DNA from: an uncultured Gammaproteobacteria bacterium
GTDB taxonomy: Bacteria; Patescibacteriota; Patescibacteriia; Patescibacteriales; UBA12465
Direction: 5' to 3'
Assembly (NCBI GenBank): GCA_964470695.1
Contig: CAYYDR010000002.1
Coordinates: 72,401 to 136,400 of the forward strand
Length of the DNA: 64,000 nt
The notes under the pieces were generated by a model. The model saw nothing but the letters and a program-made list of their open reading frames with translations. It was not told the origin of the DNA and did no database searches. This document shows, piece after piece, positions 58,697 through 64,000 of this stretch (the first letter of the stretch is position 1; each line of letters starts with the position of its first letter). A program made the translations under genes and the position numbers.

Positions 58697-59128
58697 ATGA
58701 TGAGACATAAAATCCATCCTCGGATAATTAGCGCGAGGCTGGAAACAAAATCGGACAATTTCTTTTTGCGCCTGGTAAGCAGCCAGCGTTTTTTAGCTAT
58801 CATCGGCTTGGTTTTTTTAGTAGCAATTATTTTTCCTTTGGCCAGAACTTATAGCCAGCGCCGTTTAATAGAAAGGGAAATTGCTGATGTTAGAAACCAA
58901 ATCAGCGAGTTTGAAAGCCAGAATCAACAGTTGAAGGACCTTGTTTCCTATCTGCAATCCGAGCAGTCTTTAGAAGAGGCCGCCCGATTAAACCTTAATT
59001 TGAAAAAGCCGGGCGAGGCAGTGGTAGTTATAGAAGGCAAATCAGGACGCCTTACTCCGCCCGCGCCAGCGGCCAGCAGCACCGAATCGAGCAACTTAGT
59101 TAAGTGGCGTCAGTATTTTTTTAATTGA
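58697..59128 (+). CDS. septum formation initiator (FtsB/DivIC-like) protein
   Basis: One TM helix, a coiled coil (REIADVRNQISEFESQNQQLKDLVSYLQS), and then EEAARLNLNLKKPGEAVVVI typical of DivIC/FtsB. Confidence 0.6.
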   Translation: MMRHKIHPRIISARLETKSDNFFLRLVSSQRFLAIIGLVFLVAIIFPLARTYSQRRLIEREIADVRNQISEFESQNQQLKDLVSYLQSEQSLEEAARLNLNLKKPGEAVVVIEGKSGRLTPPAPAASSTESSNLVKWRQYFFN

Positions 59129-59165
59129 ACCGGGTTGGCGCTCTAAAATAATTAGCAAAACTAAA

Positions 59166-59188
59166 AATAGTCCGTTAGGACTATTTAT
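59166..59188 (-). terminator. hairpin downstream of the minus-strand tRNA pair
   Basis: AAATAGTCC (59166-74), loop GTTA, then GGACTATTT. On the minus strand it is followed by TTTAGTTTT. Confidence 0.4.
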
Positions 59189-59212
59189 AGCGTAGAGTTG
59201 ATTAGATTAGAG

Positions 59213-59285
59213 AGCCGAGAAGGGGAGTTGAACCCCTGACCTACGCGTTACGAGTGCGTTGCTCTACCAGCTGAGCTATCTCGGC
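59213..59285 (-). tRNA. tRNA-Thr (anticodon CGT)
   Basis: Hand-folded 73-nt cloverleaf: acceptor GCCGAGA/TCTCGGC, D arm GCTC/GAGC, anticodon loop CTCGTAA, and T arm AGGGG-TTCAACT-CCCCT. No CCA is encoded. Confidence 0.9.
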
Positions 59286-59315
59286 ATTATAAATGATGAC
59301 GGGATTAGTTTAAGG

Positions 59316-59387
59316 AGCGGGTGAGCGGAATCGGACCGCCTTCTTCAGCTTGGGAAGCTGACGTAATAACCATTATACGACACCCGC
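59316..59387 (-). tRNA. tRNA-Gly (anticodon CCC)
   Basis: 72-nt cloverleaf: acceptor GCGGGTG/CACCCGC, anticodon stem TCAGC/GCTGA with loop TTCCCAA, and T arm GGCGG-TCCGATT-CCGCT. Confidence 0.85.
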
Positions 59388-59438
59388 AGTTATGTTTTTA
59401 CTAGGTAAACAAGCTTAAATAAGTATCACACTTTAATC

Positions 59439-59468
59439 ATTATAAGCTTAATAAAACAGTTTAGTCAA
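59439..59468 (-). promoter_or_regulatory. promoter TTGACT-18-TATAAT for the tRNA-Gly/tRNA-Thr pair
   Basis: On the minus strand, TTGACT is at + coords 59468-59463 and TATAAT at 59444-59439. It lies about 50 nt upstream of tRNA-Gly. Confidence 0.5.
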
Positions 59469-59478
59469 TTAGCTGATT

Positions 59479-61035
59479 ATGACACAAAATTTTAAAAAAT
59501 ATTTTTGGCTAGCGGCCCTTTTTTTATTTTTTTTGCCTTTTGCCTCGCAAGCTAAGTCTGAGTCAAATTTAAAAATAGAATATGAGGAAGCGGCTTTTAC
59601 TGCCCCAGTTACCTGGCAGGTGGCTTCTAGCACTCCTCAAGTCAATTTAGCCTGGGACTGGCAAGCTATTTCACCGGCTTTTGATTATTCTTTTCAGACC
59701 ACCGGGCTTTATGATCCAAGCCGGCCCTTAAAGATTAGACTGGATTATGGCGAGAGCAATGATTACCTTAAACAAATATTTTCTTATGATGAGTCCAGCC
59801 AGACTTGGCGGCCCCTATTAACCCAAGATCATCCTAACGATCATTATGTTACAGCTTTTACTGATTCCACCACTGGCCGTTTAGCGGTTTTTGCCAGCCA
59901 TGATATCTTAACCGTCGGCACGGCTAGTTGGTATAAATTTAAGAATGGTTTATTCGCGGCTTCGCCGGATTTTGCTAAGGGAACAGTACTACGCGTTCAT
60001 AATAAAAATAATGGCAAAACAGTGGACGTTGTTATTAATGATTTCGGACCAGAGAGAGCCTTGCATCCGGACAGAGTAATTGATTTAGATAAGGTCGCTT
60101 TTGAAAAAATCGCTTCCCCGGGAGCGGGGTTGGTGCCGGTTTTTGTAGAGACTTTAAAAGTGGTGCCGGTAGCCGCCAAGAAAATTACAGCGCCAGCTGA
60201 GACTAATGAGCCGGATATGAGCACGGAAACAGAGAAAGCAGCGGCTGATAAAGTTAATCAAAGCGTGCCGAGCATTACCGCCTCTTCGGCGGTCGTCATG
60301 TTAGAAAAAACCGGTAAAATTCTTTGGGGCAAGAATGAAAAAGAAGTAGCGCCTTTAGCGAGCCTTACGAAATTAGTCGCTCTTAAAGTTTTTTTAGATA
60401 CTAAGCCTAATTTAAAAAAAGTTGTGGCCTATAAAGCGGCTGATGAAAAATATAACAATAAATATGTGTCGCCGGGCGTCTCAGCTAGGCTAAAAGTTAA
60501 GGATGGGGAGACCATGACTATAGAAAATTTAGTTTACAGCGCTTTAGTCGGCTCAGCTAACAATGCGGTGGAATCTTTAGTGCGGGTGAGCGGTTTAAAG
60601 CGGGATAAATTTATTGCGGCCATGAATGCGGCAGTTAAAAAATGGGGAGCCAAGAGCACTAAGTTCGTGGAACCGACCGGACTCTCGCCGTCTAACGTGA
60701 GTTCTCCTCTTGATTATGCTATAATAAGTAAAGAAGTTTTTAAATCAGCCCTGCTAAAGGATGTCAGCACGACTAGAAGCTACACTTTTAAAACAGTTAA
60801 TACTAAAAAAAGCCATACCATTAAGAATACTAATCAGTTGGTGCGCAGTAACGCCTATCCCTTTACCGGTTCTAAGACGGGGTATTTAGAAGAAGCGGGC
60901 TATTGCTTAATGACTAGAGTCAGTACGCCGCAGGGCAATATTATTGCCGTAAATTTCGGCTCTAAGAATCAGGCTTCTAATTTTTCGGATAATGAACAGC
61001 TGATTCGCTACGGGCGCGTGCAGCTTAAGAAATAA
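59479..61035 (+). CDS. fusion of an RlpA-like double-psi beta-barrel domain and an S11 D-alanyl-D-alanine carboxypeptidase
   Basis: Signal peptide. GTASWYKF...GTVLRVHNKNNGKTVDVVINDFGP is DPBB/RlpA-like. The penicillin-binding motifs are SLTK (SxxK), SAN (SxN) and KTG. Confidence 0.8.
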   Translation: MTQNFKKYFWLAALFLFFLPFASQAKSESNLKIEYEEAAFTAPVTWQVASSTPQVNLAWDWQAISPAFDYSFQTTGLYDPSRPLKIRLDYGESNDYLKQIFSYDESSQTWRPLLTQDHPNDHYVTAFTDSTTGRLAVFASHDILTVGTASWYKFKNGLFAASPDFAKGTVLRVHNKNNGKTVDVVINDFGPERALHPDRVIDLDKVAFEKIASPGAGLVPVFVETLKVVPVAAKKITAPAETNEPDMSTETEKAAADKVNQSVPSITASSAVVMLEKTGKILWGKNEKEVAPLASLTKLVALKVFLDTKPNLKKVVAYKAADEKYNNKYVSPGVSARLKVKDGETMTIENLVYSALVGSANNAVESLVRVSGLKRDKFIAAMNAAVKKWGAKSTKFVEPTGLSPSNVSSPLDYAIISKEVFKSALLKDVSTTRSYTFKTVNTKKSHTIKNTNQLVRSNAYPFTGSKTGYLEEAGYCLMTRVSTPQGNIIAVNFGSKNQASNFSDNEQLIRYGRVQLKK

Positions 61036-61038
61036 TAT

Positions 61039-61719
61039 ATGATTACCCTTGAGAATGTTTCTAAATTTTATACTCGTAAGAATAAGGTAATAAAAAATGT
61101 CAGCCTATCTATTAAAGCGGGCGAGTTTGTTTCCATCGTCGGCCAGTCCGGCGCTGGCAAAACGACTTTAGTCCGTCTACTCATAGGCGAGGAGCATGCC
61201 GACGAAGGGAAAGTTATTGTCGGTGATTGGGACATTACTAAAATTAGTAAGCGTGAAGTGCCTTATTTGCGCCGCCAGATAGGCGTTATTTTTCAAGATT
61301 TTAAATTATTGCCGAAAAAAACTTTAGAAGAGAATGTAGCTTTTGCTCTGCAGGTTTCCGGCGGCCGACCTGACAAAATAAAAAAAATTGTGCCGAGCGT
61401 TATGAAGATAGTTGGTCTAGAGGACAAAAAAAATCGTTATCCGGATGAAGTTTCCGGCGGCGAGGGGCAGAGAGCGGCAATCGCTCGCGCTTTGGTCCAT
61501 CAGCCTAAAATTCTTTTGGCTGATGAGCCGACCGGCAACCTAGACGCCATTAACGCTAATGAAATTATTGATTTGCTCTTGCGAATTAATCGTTTCGGCA
61601 CGACAGTTATCTTAGTGACTCATAATAAAGAAGTCGTTAATCGTTTAAATCGCCGCGTTATTACTATGGAGCACGGCCAGATAATTAGCGATCAGGCTCA
61701 CGGTAAATATTTACTCTAA
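61039..61719 (+). CDS. ftsE: cell division ATP-binding protein FtsE
   Basis: Walker A GQSGAGKTT, ABC signature VSGGEGQR, Walker B LLADEPTG, and ftsX downstream. Confidence 0.9.
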   Translation: MITLENVSKFYTRKNKVIKNVSLSIKAGEFVSIVGQSGAGKTTLVRLLIGEEHADEGKVIVGDWDITKISKREVPYLRRQIGVIFQDFKLLPKKTLEENVAFALQVSGGRPDKIKKIVPSVMKIVGLEDKKNRYPDEVSGGEGQRAAIARALVHQPKILLADEPTGNLDAINANEIIDLLLRINRFGTTVILVTHNKEVVNRLNRRVITMEHGQIISDQAHGKYLL

Positions 61720-61732
61720 GCAAGATAAAATT

Positions 61733-62641
61733 ATGTTATTTTTATATCGGATCATCAAATTTAGCTTTCAGGATATAGTCCGGAATATCTGGCTCACCAT
61801 TGTTACTATTACCATTCTTTTAGTCGCGCTCTTTTCTATTAATACACTTATCACTGTTCGCTTAATTAGTGATAATGCCGTTGCGGCAGTTAAGGAAAAA
61901 ATTGATATTAGCCTTTATATTAAAGCTGATACCATGGAGAGCGAGATTATCGCTCTTAAAGCCAAGATTGGCGCCTCCCCTCGGGTTAGAGATGTTGTCT
62001 ATATCTCTAAGGATATGGCTATTAGCGCTTTCCGTAAAAAATATGAAAATGATCCAGCGATATTAGCGGCCTTAAAAGAGCTAGGACGTAATCCGCTTTC
62101 GCCGAGTCTGACTATTATTCCTAAAAATTTTAATGAGTCGGCCTTACTTATTAATGAGCTGAAGGTAATTGATAGTCCGATTATTGAGTCGCGGGATTTT
62201 TCCGATAATACGGTCATTCTTTCTAAAATTAACGCCATTACTAAACGAGTGAGCGAAGTAGGCTTATTCATTATTTCTATTTTTGTTTTGACTAGCTTGC
62301 TCGTTGTTTATAATGCTATTCGGGTGGCCATTTATACCCATCGCCAGGAGATAGAAATTATGCGCCTAGTAGGGGCTTCTAATGCCTTTATTTACATGCC
62401 CTATATGTTTTCCGCCCTGGTCTATGCCTTGCTTAGCGTTTTAACCATGATTTCTGTTTTTTATCCTTTTCTGACTCTGCTCCAGCCGTATTTAGAAACT
62501 TTCTTCGTCGGCTATGACGTTAATATCCTAAGCTACTTTGTTAATAATTTTTGGTTTATTTTTGGCGGCCAGTTTTTAGCGGTTTTGTTTATTAATATGA
62601 TAGCTAGCTTATTCGCAGTGCGTAAATATGCGCGGGTTTAA
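61733..62641 (+). CDS. ftsX: cell division permease FtsX
   Basis: TM1, an extracellular domain, and three C-terminal TM helices with EIEIMRLVGASNAFI typical of FtsX. Confidence 0.85.
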   Translation: MLFLYRIIKFSFQDIVRNIWLTIVTITILLVALFSINTLITVRLISDNAVAAVKEKIDISLYIKADTMESEIIALKAKIGASPRVRDVVYISKDMAISAFRKKYENDPAILAALKELGRNPLSPSLTIIPKNFNESALLINELKVIDSPIIESRDFSDNTVILSKINAITKRVSEVGLFIISIFVLTSLLVVYNAIRVAIYTHRQEIEIMRLVGASNAFIYMPYMFSALVYALLSVLTMISVFYPFLTLLQPYLETFFVGYDVNILSYFVNNFWFIFGGQFLAVLFINMIASLFAVRKYARV

Positions 62642-62649
62642 TTGTTTGT

Positions 62650-62678
62650 TTGACATTTGTTATATTATTTAATAATAT
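62650..62678 (+). promoter_or_regulatory. promoter TTGACA-17-TAATAT upstream of tRNA-Gln
   Basis: TTGACA at 62650-62655, a 17-nt spacer, and TAATAT at 62673-62678. It overlaps the ftsX terminator hairpin. Confidence 0.4.
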
Positions 62679-62702
62679 CCATTGAGTAATGGATATTTTT
62701 AT
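62675..62702 (+). terminator. hairpin plus T-run after ftsX
   Basis: ATATCCATT (62675-83) pairs with AATGGATAT (62688-96), followed by TTTTTATT. Confidence 0.5.
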
Positions 62703-62773
62703 TGCGGGATCGTCTAATGGTAGGACAGCGGCCTTTGAAGCCGTTTATCTTGGTTCGAATCCAAGTCCCGCAG
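62703..62773 (+). tRNA. tRNA-Gln (anticodon TTG)
   Basis: 71-nt cloverleaf: acceptor TGCGGGA/TCCCGCA (U1-A72), D arm GTCT/GGAC, anticodon loop CTTTGAA, and T arm CTTGG-TTCGAAT-CCAAG. Confidence 0.9.
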
Positions 62774-62776
62774 CTA
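62758..62776 (+). repeat. 19-nt direct repeat, copy 1 (3' end of tRNA-Gln)
   Basis: AATCCAAGTCCCGCAGCTA is identical to 62965-62983. Confidence 0.9.
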
Positions 62777-62780
62777 AAAT

Positions 62781-62815
62781 AAAACACCCCAACAAAGTTG
62801 GGGTGTTTTATTTTC
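62781..62815 (+). terminator. rho-independent terminator after tRNA-Gln
   Basis: AAAACACCCCA (62781-91) pairs with TGGGGTGTTTT (62799-809), followed by ATTTT. Confidence 0.7.
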
Positions 62816-62820
62816 ATCTT

Positions 62821-62964
62821 AGGCCTGGATTCGAACAGGGTTGAAGCGAACTAGCCAGCGGTCAGCAGGCCGCTGGCGCAGTGAGCGATCGCTAAGTGTC
62901 CGGGGGACACTTAGCGCAACCCGCGACAACGAAGGAGCGAGTGACGACGAGCGACTGAGGCGGA
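62821..62964. other. GC-rich (about 63%) strongly hairpinned segment of unknown nature between the two tRNA-Gln 3'-end copies
   Basis: Hairpins GCCAGCGG/CCGCTGGC (62854-62877) and CGCTAAGTGTCC/GGACACTTAGCG (62890-62916, 12 bp). There is a T-arm-like CCTGGATTCGAACAGG at 62824-62839. No credible ORF. Confidence 0.4.
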
Positions 62965-62983
62965 AATCCAAGTCCCGCAGCTA
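62965..62983 (+). repeat. 19-nt direct repeat, copy 2
   Basis: AATCCAAGTCCCGCAGCTA. It lacks the 5' half of the T stem, so it is not a functional tRNA. Confidence 0.9.
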
Positions 62984-63014
62984 GTTTTATAAAATCGCCG
63001 TTTAGGCGGTTTTT

Positions 63015-63023
63015 TGTTATAAT
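63015..63023 (+). promoter_or_regulatory. extended -10 element TGTTATAAT
   Basis: TGnTATAAT at 63015-63023, 29 nt before ATG 63052. Confidence 0.35.
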
Positions 63024-63051
63024 TATTATATTGAAATAGTTGGTTAAATTA

Positions 63052-63627
63052 ATGTCTGACCTAAAAACAATTATTGGAGCCATAGCCGTAATTCTGACAT
63101 TTGTCGGTTACGTGCCCTACTTTAGGGATATTCTGAAAAATAAGACTAAGCCTCATGCTTTTTCTTGGTTTATTTGGGGCGTCATCGCCGCCATTATTTA
63201 TGCTTTGCAAGTAAGCGCCGGCGCGGGGCCTGGCTCTTGGGTTACCTTAGGCTTAGTCGTTATAACTTTTTCCATATTCTTTTTAAGTTTAAAGTCAGGA
63301 GTAAATTATATTAAAAGAGTAGATATAATTACTCTAGTATTAGCTTTAAGTACCCTGCCAATATGGTTGATTGTAAAACAGCCGCTTATTTCGGTAATTA
63401 TTCTGTCGGCCATAGATATATTAGGATTTATACCGACTGTCAGAAAATCTTGGCAAAATCCATATTCTGAAACATTATCTTTTTACGTAATTACTACCTT
63501 GCGACATGCCTTGAGCCTTTTCGCTATATCGGAATATAATTTAATTACCTCCTTGTTTCCAGCTACCTGGGTTATAATGAACGCCTTATTTTCTTTTATG
63601 CTTATGATAAGGCGTGGAAAGCATTAA
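63052..63627 (+). CDS. polytopic membrane protein of unknown family (paralog of 17278-17874)
   Basis: GYVPYFRDILKNKTKPHAFSW and overall colinearity with the 17278 ORF. ATG 63052 is preferred over the track's TTG 63040. Confidence 0.6.
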   Translation: MSDLKTIIGAIAVILTFVGYVPYFRDILKNKTKPHAFSWFIWGVIAAIIYALQVSAGAGPGSWVTLGLVVITFSIFFLSLKSGVNYIKRVDIITLVLALSTLPIWLIVKQPLISVIILSAIDILGFIPTVRKSWQNPYSETLSFYVITTLRHALSLFAISEYNLITSLFPATWVIMNALFSFMLMIRRGKH

Positions 63628-63637
63628 AATAGCGAGT

Positions 63638-64000
63638 ATGAAACCATATCGGTTTAGTCCAATAGAAAATAAAGCCCAATTATTAGAAGTTATAAAATAT
63701 ACGCATCTAAAATGTTTTGAGTTGTGTAAAAAAGTTTATGGCAAGTATCTTCCTGTCGCTGGTAATATAGGAATATTTTGCCATTATGATGATGAATATA
63801 ATTTTCTTACAAAATTACGAAAAGAACTTACCGAAGAATCAGGCAGTTGGAATAATAAATATTACCGTCTTTATGAGCCTTTGGTAGTTTCTAGATTGGG
63901 AGATATTCCTGGCGCCGTTTATGCCTATCTTTACATTAGAAGACCGGATCAACATAAAGAAGTAGGTGATATTGACTTTGTTTTAGATGAAAAAGAATAT
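63638..64000 (+). CDS. hypothetical protein, 5' part only (runs off the right edge)
   Basis: ATG 63638 opens a frame of 121 codons to the window end (MKPYRFSPIENKAQLLEVIKYTHLKCFELCKK...). No motif recognised. Confidence 0.45.
   Translation, partial: MKPYRFSPIENKAQLLEVIKYTHLKCFELCKKVYGKYLPVAGNIGIFCHYDDEYNFLTKLRKELTEESGSWNNKYYRLYEPLVVSRLGDIPGAVYAYLYIRRPDQHKEVGDIDFVLDEKEY

Noticed and set aside
62885-62892. GCGATCGC octamer, the HIP1 palindrome abundant in cyanobacteria, as a hint of donor origin.
   Set aside because: A single occurrence of an 8-mer in a GC-rich patch carries no statistical weight.
62821-62983. tmRNA, or a second tRNA or tRNA pseudogene, in the GC-rich segment after tRNA-Gln.
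   Set aside because: There is no 5' acceptor partner (TGCGGGA) for the second 3' end and no complement for the CCAAG T-stem strand. No plausible tag reading frame ends in a typical ...AA stop. The T-arm-like motif at 62824-62839 pairs poorly.
1-64000. Alternative genetic code (UGA recoding, as in some candidate phyla), and any CRISPR arrays, transposases or integrases.
   Set aside because: Long ORFs are intact under code 11, and TGA terminates at least one well-supported gene (9575-9577). I found no regularly spaced short direct repeats and no recombinase-like ORFs.

Overview
The window is gene-dense and AT-rich, and almost all genes are on the + strand. By gene content it looks like a reduced-genome bacterium of the Patescibacteria/CPR type. 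That is an inference from VirB2/TrbC-like pilin-anchor modules on giant proteins, a CxxC-x17-CxxC tail on a VirD4-like ATPase, many TM-anchored orphan proteins, class III RNR only, and standard code 11 with TGA used as a stop. I call about 55 CDS and 3 tRNAs (Thr-CGT, Gly-CCC, Gln-TTG). I see no rRNA, CRISPR array, transposase or integrase.

Housekeeping content: ndk, gyrA, mscL, rmuC, radC, a UvrD-type helicase-nuclease, ruvB, queA, lepB, hisS, rpsU, rel, clpP, secDF, pilD, ftsA, ftsZ, nrdR/nrdD/nrdG, ftsE and ftsX.

Most interesting observations:
1. A 14-kb block (22.9-37.1 kb) encodes only exported or anchored proteins. Two giant proteins in it share a pilin-like two-TM anchor, and one of them is extremely cysteine-rich.
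2. nrdD is split. The main ORF stops after the zinc ribbon, and the glycyl-radical motif sits on a separate 44-aa ORF in another frame.
3. A single-gene cassette carries a T9SS-type C-terminal sorting domain, which is unexpected in this lineage. It has a perfect consensus promoter upstream and is bracketed by a 14-nt direct repeat.
4. A 19-nt duplication of the tRNA-Gln 3' end brackets a 63% GC, strongly hairpinned segment of about 190 bp.

All family calls come from motif recognition by eye. No searches were run.
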